Positions 1 through 9,082 of a stretch of 64,000 nt of DNA are shown here, one piece after another (the stretch's first letter is position 1; every line of letters begins with the position of its first letter). The stretch is from a virus. Lineage: Duplodnaviria; Heunggongvirae; Uroviricota; Caudoviricetes; Herelleviridae. Where the stretch lies: the IMG/VR virus record IMGVR_UViG_2706796241_000001; one strand, 5' to 3'. A program made the position numbers and the translations under genes. The notes below the pieces were generated by a model. That model was not told the origin of the DNA. It saw nothing but the letters and a program-made list of their open reading frames with translations, and ran no database searches.

Positions 1-87
1 AGATTGCGCACGACCGATAATTTTATTACCAATCATTAGGTAAACTGTGTTACCTGTGTGGACTGTTTGATTTCCAACACTAGCCAT
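1..87 (-). CDS. virion structural protein, N-terminal fragment (possibly tail tube), continues past window start
   Basis: ATG at 85-87 with AGGAG RBS ~9 nt upstream; reads MASVGNQTVHTGNTVYLMIGNK..; lies directly downstream of sheath candidate. Confidence 0.35.
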   Translation of the reverse strand, partial: MASVGNQTVHTGNTVYLMIGNKIIGRAQS

Positions 88-147
88 GTATATATCACTC
101 CTATATTTTATTCATTATGTAAGAGGAGGGGCAACTGCCCCTACACT

Positions 148-1857
148 CTATGCTGTTAAGATTTGTTGTTTGTATACTAACTGAACAGTAATCTTATTCA
201 AGCTACGGATAGGCATTACAGTCATACTGATTGATGCCACGTCACCTTCTAAGACAACTTGTACTTCTTCCGGTGTGTAATCTTGGATTTCACGAGCACG
301 TTTTTTGTTATCTAAGAATGATTGGATAAAGTTTTTGATTAAGCTTGCGCTTGTGTCAATCACTTTAGTTCCGATGAAGTTGTTATCTAGTTCAATTTTC
401 AATTCTGAAACTAAGAAGTCGTTTGCTTCACCAACAGACATTTCATTTTTAACTGGGTCAGATTTGTCATTGTAAGTAGTTACGTCCTGTACTACACGGA
501 ATGCAGTTAAAGTACGGTTACGTACAAACTCGATAGAGATTACTCCACTTTCGTTTAACATGTCTAACTGGCTACTTTCAAATACACGGTCTACAGATGT
601 TACGTTGAAGTGTTTGAAAGTGATTGCTTCACCAACTTCTAAACCACTTGCAATACCTGCAATTTGTGAAGCCATCATGTAACCCGGTAATTTAAGCAAA
701 CGTCCGTCATCCATTTTACGAGTTCCAGAGAAGCCTACTAAAGAAGCTCTAGGGTCACGTAAGTTTGTTGCACGAGTAATGCTTTCCTCTACTGTTTCAT
801 TAGTGCCTCCACCAACGATAATACGCATTGGGTCACCATTGTCTGTACGGTCTTTAACAAAAGCTAAAGCCTCAGAATGAACTGCTTGTTTATCTGTTAA
901 TGGTACTAAGTAGTAACCACCTTCATTAGCTAGTAATGGGAATTTATTAGCCCAAGACTCAGGAGCAGTTCCGTCAGAACCACCTGTTAAGTTTGTTAAT
1001 TCAAAGTCTTCTACAGGTTTTGTAGCATCTACAGCTACAGTTACATAGTCATTGTATTCTAGCTGTTTAGCAATATCTCCTGCTAAAGCTCCTACGAATA
1101 CAGCCTCTGTCTTAACATCTACTTTGGTTACTGCCTCTAAAGCATCAGTAGGTAAGTTTTTGTCACCTATAGGGAAGAATTTAGCCTCCCAATCTGGTAA
1201 ACTATTGATTGCACTAACTAAAACATTTGTCTCAGAGTAAACCCCTTGACCTAACTCATATTTCATTACTTCTGTCGTACTTTCTGGTTCAGAACCTACA
1301 TTTAAAGTTAATGTTGTTGCTTTCTTACTAATGTTATCTTGTGCAATTGTAAAGTTGGCTTGAGCTTCACTACCTTTATATTGGATAGAGAAAATTTTAC
1401 CTAAGTTATCGAAAACTTTCTTATAACCATCTTTAGAAAATGCAACAGTTAATCTTTTTGTGTGTGTTAAATTGTTGTCTTCTAATGCTACTTGAATTTC
1501 ATTTGCATCTACCCCATAAATTGTTGAAGCAAATGTTAAACCACCTTTTGTAAGAGTTGCGTTTTTAGCATCTTCAACACGAACTGCTAAAATGTCTCCT
1601 GCTGATGCGGTATTAACGTCAGATGCATTCCATGCTAACTCGATAGCATCTAGCAAATCTCCACTACGTAGTACTTGTTTAGCTTGTTGATAATTACGGA
1701 AACGATAAACAGTATCTGGTTTACCGCCTTTAGCAGAGCCGACTAACATTAATGTTTTGTCAGAGCTACTTGATGACCCACCAATACCGCTTGTGTCTAC
1801 GGTAATCTCAGTATGTGGACGTGATACTTTTTTTCTTGGGAATTGTTCTACAGCCAT
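148..1857 (-). CDS. putative tail sheath protein (569 aa)
   Basis: ORF track; large protein sited between head-tail genes and tube fragment; synteny-based call only. Confidence 0.45.
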   Translation of the reverse strand: MAVEQFPRKKVSRPHTEITVDTSGIGGSSSSSDKTLMLVGSAKGGKPDTVYRFRNYQQAKQVLRSGDLLDAIELAWNASDVNTASAGDILAVRVEDAKNATLTKGGLTFASTIYGVDANEIQVALEDNNLTHTKRLTVAFSKDGYKKVFDNLGKIFSIQYKGSEAQANFTIAQDNISKKATTLTLNVGSEPESTTEVMKYELGQGVYSETNVLVSAINSLPDWEAKFFPIGDKNLPTDALEAVTKVDVKTEAVFVGALAGDIAKQLEYNDYVTVAVDATKPVEDFELTNLTGGSDGTAPESWANKFPLLANEGGYYLVPLTDKQAVHSEALAFVKDRTDNGDPMRIIVGGGTNETVEESITRATNLRDPRASLVGFSGTRKMDDGRLLKLPGYMMASQIAGIASGLEVGEAITFKHFNVTSVDRVFESSQLDMLNESGVISIEFVRNRTLTAFRVVQDVTTYNDKSDPVKNEMSVGEANDFLVSELKIELDNNFIGTKVIDTSASLIKNFIQSFLDNKKRAREIQDYTPEEVQVVLEGDVASISMTVMPIRSLNKITVQLVYKQQILTA

Positions 1858-2092
1858 TTATTATTTAACTTCCTTTCCTATATACTTTTCTAAAAATGGA
1901 ACAAAATCAGCATCCTCGTGTTGGTATTCTCTACCTGCCATTAGTGCTCTGAAACCCGCTACCTGATATTTATTTAGTCCATATAATACTTTTGCATAAT
2001 CTAAAAATGTATCGACATGGACATAACCTTTAGGTTTTTTAGGTTGCTCCTTTTTAACTTCTTTTTTACTACTTTCTCTGTTTCTTTAGCCA

Positions 2093-2938
2093 CTAGGATT
2101 TCATCCTCCTTTTTGTAATAATCTCTGTGATTCTTTGTTGTAAATCAAATCCAATAGAATTAGTAACTCTGTAGTTTACAGTACAAGGTCTACCAAACAC
2201 AAGTGTTTCACCTGATTCTATGACAACTTGCATATCACCAAAATGTAGTGTTTGCAACATATACCCTGTTTTTTCATCTAAACTGTCTCTCATGGTGATT
2301 AGTATAATTCTAGCAATTGCATCTAAACACCTAGCAGTATCTATATTAGAACTTATTCCAATTATACTAACATTATCGTTAGATTGGTATCCTTTGTATA
2401 CACCTGCAACATCATCATCTGATATTTTGCTTATATACGACACATTAATGGATATACCTTCTAACTCCTCATTGTATGAAAAATCAAATACAGGTTTATT
2501 ATCTTCAATCCTAAAATGGTCGCTTTCTGCAAAACTTATGTCTGAGCTGTTTAGATAGTCCGCTACTGGTTTTGATGTATTTATAATCAGCTTGTCACCT
2601 TCTCTAATAATAGTGGCTTCCTCACTAATTACATTACCTTCTCGATACTCGTAGCCTCCTTGGATTCCTCCAATAGACTTGCTATCTTCTTCGCTACTAC
2701 CGAGAGTTACTACAAATCGAGCAAATGAATCCAGATGTTCTTGTGGGAATGAATAGGACATCTCTACTTCTCTCTTAGGTGGCTTACCATCTATAGAGCA
2801 ATAAGTGTTTTTAAAAGATTCTAAAGCTTCTTTGTCCATTCCCTTTAAAGCTTCGTCTATAATATAGCACTCTGATAGAATTATCCTTAGCCTTTCTTCA
2901 AATTCTTTATACAAGTAAGTGTCTAAACTTGGTATCAT
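2093..2938 (-). CDS. hypothetical virion/head-tail protein (281 aa)
   Basis: ORF track; in late structural operon; no recognisable motif. Confidence 0.4.
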   Translation of the reverse strand: MIPSLDTYLYKEFEERLRIILSECYIIDEALKGMDKEALESFKNTYCSIDGKPPKREVEMSYSFPQEHLDSFARFVVTLGSSEEDSKSIGGIQGGYEYREGNVISEEATIIREGDKLIINTSKPVADYLNSSDISFAESDHFRIEDNKPVFDFSYNEELEGISINVSYISKISDDDVAGVYKGYQSNDNVSIIGISSNIDTARCLDAIARIILITMRDSLDEKTGYMLQTLHFGDMQVVIESGETLVFGRPCTVNYRVTNSIGFDLQQRITEIITKRRMKS

Positions 2939-2941
2939 ACG

Positions 2942-3292
2942 CTATCCTCCTAAATTCTTTAGTTTCCACTTCATGAGCCTGTCTATGTTTCTTAGCATTG
3001 TCTTACTCATATCATCATCATTAACGTTTCTACGATTTATTATCCAACTATTCGCAGGAGAATTAGCGTTAACTGTACGGAAAGCTACATAGGTGTTACG
3101 TGTACCTTTACCCCAACTCTGTGGTATAACAGTTACATTAGTAGATTTAGGTTTATAGTTAATACTAGACACTGATGGGCTCTGCTTACGTCTATCATAC
3201 AGATAGTCCATTTTAACAGTTACAGGCTTTGTACCTACTGGAACTGCCCTCAGCTCATCGTATAATCGTCTTGACATGTTGCGTGTTTTCAT
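2942..3292 (-). CDS. hypothetical structural protein (116 aa)
   Basis: ORF track; tightly packed in late operon. Confidence 0.4.
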   Translation of the reverse strand: MKTRNMSRRLYDELRAVPVGTKPVTVKMDYLYDRRKQSPSVSSINYKPKSTNVTVIPQSWGKGTRNTYVAFRTVNANSPANSWIINRRNVNDDDMSKTMLRNIDRLMKWKLKNLGG

Positions 3293-3564
3293 ACTAATAG
3301 GGATGTATAGGTACCATTCCCCTTTTTATTATATTTCTTTTTATTAGAACGTGCAAAGAAAGGTTTCAAATCTATAACCCCATTTTTTGCCATCCTAGAC
3401 TCTGTTACTATCAAATAGCTAGGCATTCTCTGTACAGAAGACCCATTACGTAGAGCAACATCTTGCGCATCACTTAGTACTTCATCAACCACTGCACGAG
3501 TCAGATTGCCAAGTATTGCTTTTGAATCAGTAAATAATACGGGTCTCTGTCCTTTTCTAGCCAT
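3289..3564 (-). CDS. hypothetical structural protein (91 aa)
   Basis: ORF track; start overlaps the stop of the upstream gene. Confidence 0.4.
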   Translation of the reverse strand: MARKGQRPVLFTDSKAILGNLTRAVVDEVLSDAQDVALRNGSSVQRMPSYLIVTESRMAKNGVIDLKPFFARSNKKKYNKKGNGTYTSLLV

Positions 3565-4426
3565 TTAACTTACCTCCAAAGAAGCCTCCTGATTTTGTAG
3601 CTTTACGCTTAGGGTCTACCATAGCTTCACTTGTATCTTTTTTGCCCTCTAGCTCTTCCATACGGCTTGCTGTATCTATGTCTAATGAAAATGGTTCACT
3701 ATCAATAAACACGTCCTCACGCTTCAATAAGAGCTTTTTAGGTAGTGATTCAAATTGTGTTTGTTTAACACCGAATGTGGTATACTGGTATCTACTTTCT
3801 TTTAACAGGTCTATAACAATATATCTAAGTGTAACAGACATATTTATGGATATATTAGTATCTATTAAAGATTCATTTGGATAAATAGTATTTGTGTCAT
3901 AGTCCATTCTAAAATCGACTCCATCAACTAAGATACGTCCGTCTTTACCATAAATATCTTCTATGCTGTTCACATCATAGCTTAAAAATAGTCCATTAGC
4001 TACTCTTCTTTTATTTACATTAAAAATAAAGCTTTGATATATTTTAACTTCGGGGACTGTTATTCTATCCCTAAAGGTTATCTTAGAATCTAGCTCAGTC
4101 GTTCCAATAGCGGTTCCTGTGTCTAGTAGTCCTAAATCTTGATTAGAAATACCTTTCTCTTGACTCTGTATAGCCATTCTTAATTTTACTGCAGGTTGGT
4201 AAGCAATCCCTCTTCCCCTACAGATGGGGCAATCCGACTTAGGTGAGAGGGTCATTGGGTTACGACATGTACATAGCCATGCTCTTTCCCACAAAACGTC
4301 AATACCCCTATTTTCAATGAAGCTAGCCATACCTTTTGTTTCAAATTCAACCCTACTAGTATTTAATTGCTTGTTAGGGTTACCTGTTTCACCTGCTCCA
4401 CCAAATCTAATTGGTTTTTCACCCAT
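3557..4426 (-). CDS. hypothetical structural protein with Cys cluster (289 aa)
   Basis: ORF track; CTCRNPMTLSPKSDCPIC motif; late operon. Confidence 0.4.
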   Translation of the reverse strand: MGEKPIRFGGAGETGNPNKQLNTSRVEFETKGMASFIENRGIDVLWERAWLCTCRNPMTLSPKSDCPICRGRGIAYQPAVKLRMAIQSQEKGISNQDLGLLDTGTAIGTTELDSKITFRDRITVPEVKIYQSFIFNVNKRRVANGLFLSYDVNSIEDIYGKDGRILVDGVDFRMDYDTNTIYPNESLIDTNISINMSVTLRYIVIDLLKESRYQYTTFGVKQTQFESLPKKLLLKREDVFIDSEPFSLDIDTASRMEELEGKKDTSEAMVDPKRKATKSGGFFGGKLNG

Positions 4427-4443
4427 TTGTTAACCCCCCTTTT

Positions 4444-5343
4444 TTAAATAATACCTAAGTTCATTCCAAAGTAAGATACCAATGATTTTTCTAATTCTTG
4501 TATGTCTTCGTCAATTTGTCGAATATCTGCAGAAGCACCACCATACATAGCAGACTGTGTTGTTTGTATACTTTCACTAATACCGTCTACTGTTAGTGAC
4601 TTACTAGCAATACCTGCACCAATTATAAGTCTACCCCATTGTTGGAATATCTCTTTTAACGCATATTTTATTACAAGCTGTTCTAAGTCCGCAGGGCACT
4701 CCCAGTCTTCATTGTATCCTCTATTTTTCCTAGGTAGCATTCCTGCCACATAGTCAATATGAATCATTTGAGGAGCATCAACTTGCCCTCCTGATGGAGG
4801 CATTCCCGCTAATTGTGGGTACCCTGAGAACGTCATTTCATAACCAAACTGTGTTCCAGTCTGCATGAGGGATGTTGGGTACATTTGTATATGACCTGCT
4901 AGTGCATACACTTTCCACCAATTAGACGGGTACCTGTATAGCCCTCTACCATTAACTTCTAGTTGAAGTTTTTCTGCTTGAATAATAGGTCTTTTAAACA
5001 CATGAGTATACATGTAAGAGTTAAAATCTGATTGGTGGTAATCATGATGTTCTCCTCTTATAAGTCTAGGCATAATAGCAATATCTAGTCGTTTCTCTGC
5101 TTTAGCTATTGCTGAGTCTATGATATGTTCATAGAAAGTATCTCCTAAAGGTTCTCCTGTTTCAGGGTTAACAACTTCTACACCAAACATGTATTGTTTC
5201 AGTGTAGCAGGTGTCCAACCGTAATCAGCAGGCTGTATATCATCAATTTTGTCTAAATCTATATGCTTAGGATTCCCATGTGCATATGGTTGGTATTGGT
5301 ATGTATTGTCCCCTTGTTCCTCGTATCCGTAGTCTGGGTACAT
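4444..5343 (-). CDS. hypothetical structural protein (299 aa)
   Basis: ORF track; RBS aggagg upstream. Confidence 0.4.
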   Translation of the reverse strand: MYPDYGYEEQGDNTYQYQPYAHGNPKHIDLDKIDDIQPADYGWTPATLKQYMFGVEVVNPETGEPLGDTFYEHIIDSAIAKAEKRLDIAIMPRLIRGEHHDYHQSDFNSYMYTHVFKRPIIQAEKLQLEVNGRGLYRYPSNWWKVYALAGHIQMYPTSLMQTGTQFGYEMTFSGYPQLAGMPPSGGQVDAPQMIHIDYVAGMLPRKNRGYNEDWECPADLEQLVIKYALKEIFQQWGRLIIGAGIASKSLTVDGISESIQTTQSAMYGGASADIRQIDEDIQELEKSLVSYFGMNLGII

Positions 5344-5355
5344 ATAAATACCTCC

Positions 5356-5601
5356 TTAGTCTTCCTCTTTTTTAGATTTTGTAGTTTTCTTAGCAGGCGC
5401 TTTCTTAGCCTTTTTAGGTGCCTCGTCTGCTTTTTCTTTAGCTTTAGGTGCATCTGGTATATATTGTATATATGGGACTTTAGTCCCTAAATGTTCTTGC
5501 TGTTCTACCGTTAGGTCTGTGGTTTCTCCATTATGGTCAAATGTTACCTCACCAAAAGCTGTTGTTACTGTTTTATTTATTAATATTTCTGATTTTAACA
5601 T
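5356..5601 (-). CDS. small Lys/Ala-rich protein (81 aa; start moved to Met7)
   Basis: GGAGG lies inside the first 6 codons of the tracked ORF, so Met7 (MLKSEIL) is the RBS-supported start; C-terminal KKAKKAPAKKTTKSKK tail. Confidence 0.4.
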   Translation of the reverse strand: MLKSEILINKTVTTAFGEVTFDHNGETTDLTVEQQEHLGTKVPYIQYIPDAPKAKEKADEAPKKAKKAPAKKTTKSKKEED

Positions 5602-5699
5602 ATTATTTCCTCCATACATGTATTTTATAATAAAAATAGGGAACAGTATTAACCGTCCCCTATTCCATTTTTATTCAATTTTGCTTAGTCTTCTAAAGA

Positions 5700-6056
5700 T
5701 TAGCGTTCGTTAAATACGTTACCTGTTGCAATATATTTAACGTTCTTAATGCGAGCCCATTTCTTAGGTGCACGTAATGCTAAAGCTCCATACCATAATA
5801 CTGCGAATGTCACAGAAGCATTAACTTGTGCTAATGGTAAGCGCATCATTGGTAGTAACTCGAACAAGTGAACTACTGATGGAGTTAATTCCCCAACGAA
5901 TACGTCCGCTGTTTCAGGAATTTCATCGTTCACATCGATAAATGTGATAACTCCGTCAACTGCTTTACTTGCAGGTACTCTAGCGATTTGGTAGAACAAT
6001 CCTGTTTCCAAACCTTTACGGTAAATTGCAACATATTGTGGACGAGCTTGATACAT
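5700..6056 (-). CDS. hypothetical head protein (118 aa)
   Basis: ORF track; immediately downstream of the capsid gene. Confidence 0.4.
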   Translation of the reverse strand: MYQARPQYVAIYRKGLETGLFYQIARVPASKAVDGVITFIDVNDEIPETADVFVGELTPSVVHLFELLPMMRLPLAQVNASVTFAVLWYGALALRAPKKWARIKNVKYIATGNVFNER

Positions 6057-6073
6057 GTTATTAATAGTGATTT

Positions 6074-7099
6074 CTAATTTAACTTGTTTTTCTTGTCGTC
6101 AATTACTACAGATGCAACATCAGATGGTGCAGATTCTGCATCGTCAGATACTACTACAACTTTGTATTCTGTGTCGATTGTTAAATCTTCATCACGGAAT
6201 TTACCTTTTGTTCCTGCTTCTAAAGTAGCTTTAACAGTTGCTTTTTGAGGAGCATTAGGTAGTTGCATACTATTTTCATCTAAAATTTGTTCTAATTCCA
6301 TTACAGTTGAACCATGTAAACGAATGAAACCACGTGCAGAGTTAAAACCTTTAACGTTGAATCCCATTGTAGCGTTTTGACCGTTGTCGCTAATTACTTG
6401 AACTTGGCGGTCTAATTGTTGGTTAACGAAGTCTGCTTGAACACCGATAGGCATATAAGCATCTGTTGGTGTACCATAACCTTTACCAACTAATACCGAT
6501 GCTTGGTTAAGTAAAGCCTCTGTTAAGCTAGCACCTTTAGCATCTAGTACATTGTGTTTGTCAATTAGTTTAGCTAAACCATCAAACTCTAAACCTGAAC
6601 CTGCATCTGGGTTTTCTGATAAGTCAGAGTCACCGTAGAAAGAAGCCCATTCAATTGTTTTAGCAACAACTGAGATAGCATCGTCTGTCAAGATACGCAT
6701 TGGGTCTTCAATGTTGTTAACTAAACCTGTTGCGATACTCATATTTTTAGTATCAGAAACATATTTCATGTTAACTGTTTTTTGACGTAAGTTAGGGTCT
6801 GAAATTGGTGCTACACCGATTTCACGAGTAAAACGAGTATGACCTACACGTCCATGTGCTAGATATACGTCATATTTAGCTACAGTTGAAGTTGCCGGAC
6901 GTTTAGTGATGTCACGGTAAAATGATAAGTCTCCGTCTGCCCAAGTTAGCATTGTGATTTGGTCGTCTAAGAACTCTCGTCTTAAAGCGGCGGCATCAGT
7001 TTGAGATTCTGGTGTAATACCATATCCTGTAGTGAAGCCTTTAATTACTTCTTCCTGTACGGAAGTTAATTGTCGTTCTGTATTCTTTTTCTCTGTCAT
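6074..7099 (-). CDS. major capsid protein, HK97-fold type (341 aa)
   Basis: Position after portal-protease-scaffold; size and composition typical; N-terminal region shares a 30-aa motif with the protease. Confidence 0.65.
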   Translation of the reverse strand: MTEKKNTERQLTSVQEEVIKGFTTGYGITPESQTDAAALRREFLDDQITMLTWADGDLSFYRDITKRPATSTVAKYDVYLAHGRVGHTRFTREIGVAPISDPNLRQKTVNMKYVSDTKNMSIATGLVNNIEDPMRILTDDAISVVAKTIEWASFYGDSDLSENPDAGSGLEFDGLAKLIDKHNVLDAKGASLTEALLNQASVLVGKGYGTPTDAYMPIGVQADFVNQQLDRQVQVISDNGQNATMGFNVKGFNSARGFIRLHGSTVMELEQILDENSMQLPNAPQKATVKATLEAGTKGKFRDEDLTIDTEYKVVVVSDDAESAPSDVASVVIDDKKNKLN

Positions 7100-7239
7100 T
7101 ATGTATAAATCACCTTTCTTTATATTCCTCTCAATATAAGACCTGACCCTGTGGAGGTTCAGGAGGGAATGTCAGGTCTTTTATTGTTTCTGCTATTAAT
7201 ATAGCAGTACAATTAAAAATCGTTCACTATATAGTAAAT

Positions 7240-8184
7240 TTATTTATATTTATTGATAAACCCTTCAATTTTAGCTAGGTCATCATTTGTTCTAGCAGTT
7301 CCCCAAGTGTGTCTAACTGATTCTAATTCACCACGTTGAGCTACTCCGCTAACAGACACACGTTTATATGTTTCCATAAAGTCTGGTCTAATAGCCTGTA
7401 CTCTATCACGGAATGGTACTTCTTTTTCAGGTTCTGCTGTATCTTGTTCACCATCAACAATTACTTCTACAGTTGGCTCTTCGGTAGCTACATCTTCCTC
7501 AACTGCTACAGACTTATTAACAAACCCAACAGCCTTGCCTTCTGAGTCCTCTTTTCCTGTTTTAATTTCAGGGTTATCAAGTAAAGATTTCTCAACAGAC
7601 TCCGCTTCGTCTTTTTCTTTAGCTTCTTTAGCTTCTTTAAACTCTCTATGAATTTCGTCTAACTTTTCACTTAGACCTAACATATTTTTAAAGATAGCTT
7701 CCATAGCTCCTAAGATTTCGGAAGATTTGATAACTTGTTCGACTTCGGTAGACTTCTCGATGTCTTCTTTGTCTTCTTTGTCTTTTTTATCTTTGTCTTT
7801 TTTGTCTTTTTCTTTCTTTTTGTCTTCGTCTTCTTCGTCTTCCTCCTCTTCTTCATCTTTATTTTCTTTAGTTTTATCAGATTTTTCAACAGTTTCTGCT
7901 GATTCTTCAACAGGTTCCTCAACTGCTACTTCTTCAACAGTTTCTGGTTCTTCCTGTTCTGCTTCAACTGTTTCAGTAACTCCGGATTCTTCTCCGTCAT
8001 TGCCTGCAGTCTCCTCAGATTCATTAGGCTTTTCTTCCGGCTCAACCTCAGCACCTTCTTCAACTTTTTCTGGTTCAGTAGGTTCTTCTACAGACTTTGT
8101 AATTTCCTCATCTGTAGTAGGTTTTACTTTTTCATTTAACTGTGCATCAAAATCTTCTATAATATCGTTCAATGTTTTAGCCAC
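7240..8184 (-). CDS. acidic scaffolding-like protein (314 aa)
   Basis: Sits between protease and capsid genes; extreme E/D/K low complexity (EEEEDEEDEDKKKEKDKKDKDKK). Confidence 0.5.
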   Translation of the reverse strand: MAKTLNDIIEDFDAQLNEKVKPTTDEEITKSVEEPTEPEKVEEGAEVEPEEKPNESEETAGNDGEESGVTETVEAEQEEPETVEEVAVEEPVEESAETVEKSDKTKENKDEEEEEDEEDEDKKKEKDKKDKDKKDKEDKEDIEKSTEVEQVIKSSEILGAMEAIFKNMLGLSEKLDEIHREFKEAKEAKEKDEAESVEKSLLDNPEIKTGKEDSEGKAVGFVNKSVAVEEDVATEEPTVEVIVDGEQDTAEPEKEVPFRDRVQAIRPDFMETYKRVSVSGVAQRGELESVRHTWGTARTNDDLAKIEGFINKYK

Positions 8185-8190
8185 TATTTC

Positions 8191-8997
8191 TTACCCCTTT
8201 CTTTTTTCAATAAAGTTTGTTGCTTCTTTCAAGGAAATCCCTCTACTTAATTGTAACATAAATTTAGATAATTCATTTTCGGAAGTGTCTACTTCTATAT
8301 CCTTAGCTACTTCACGTAAAATAAACTCTTTCTCTGCAGGTTTTTTACTATATAGCCCTGCAATAGTTCTTACTGCATACGTCAAATTAGAAATGTCCTC
8401 TTTAAACATCTCTCTTCTAAGTGCTCCTGCATCTACTTGTGCATCTGGTGCTGTACCATATCCTGTAGTCCAAGATTTAACTAGTGTCTCCCATGTAGCT
8501 CTTGGGTTAGCCGGATGTGTCGTTAATGCAACATTATGTATTTTAACACCTTCTATGATTCTGTTATCTTGTGCATTTCTACTAACTACTGCACCCTCAA
8601 TAGAAAAACCTAACTGACGAGATATTCCTGATTTCTGGATTGTATTAGCTAGCTTCCACATAGACTGTGCGTACTTGTTATCCTTTAATAGCTTAGCTTC
8701 TACGAATAACCCTTTGTCCACATCAACATAACAATTGCTAGTTGGGGCACCTATAATAAACTCAGCATCATTTTTATGCTCATAGTTTATCCAACCATTT
8801 TCAATAAAATAAGAAATATCAATGCCCTGTGGTAAAATAATATCTCCTTGTAAATCTAAATCTGGGGTAGTTGCATATCCTTGCACATACCATTCACCAT
8901 CATTCACAGATTCAGACTTCTGTATAGAATTTTCAATATCCAGTGGTACGAAAATACTATATTTTTCTCTAACTTCTGACAATTTGCTTTTCACCAC
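8191..8997 (-). CDS. prohead maturation protease (HK97/S78-like, 268 aa)
   Basis: Between portal and scaffold; protease-like core; C-terminal TTGYGTAPDAQVDAGALRRE motif also present at the capsid N-terminus. Confidence 0.6.
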   Translation of the reverse strand: MVKSKLSEVREKYSIFVPLDIENSIQKSESVNDGEWYVQGYATTPDLDLQGDIILPQGIDISYFIENGWINYEHKNDAEFIIGAPTSNCYVDVDKGLFVEAKLLKDNKYAQSMWKLANTIQKSGISRQLGFSIEGAVVSRNAQDNRIIEGVKIHNVALTTHPANPRATWETLVKSWTTGYGTAPDAQVDAGALRREMFKEDISNLTYAVRTIAGLYSKKPAEKEFILREVAKDIEVDTSENELSKFMLQLSRGISLKEATNFIEKRKG

Positions 8998-9082
8998 CTA
9001 AACGTTTTACTGTATTTAATATAGCAGAACATGTACTATCTAGTAACACAAACAAAGTTGAGGGGGGAGCTAGCCCCCTCCA

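Noticed and set aside
1052-5490. Several 60-110-aa plus-strand ORFs inside the minus-strand structural operon (1052..1240, 1757..1966, 2220..2558, 3642..3884, 4224..4433, 4502..4753, 5263..5490)
   Set aside because: Each is embedded in and antisense to a longer, RBS-supported structural gene; typical shadow ORFs.
7727-8617. 296-aa plus-strand Ser/Leu-rich ORF
   Set aside because: Antisense to the acidic scaffold gene. It arises from the GA/TC-rich low-complexity coding repeat, and has no RBS or promoter context.
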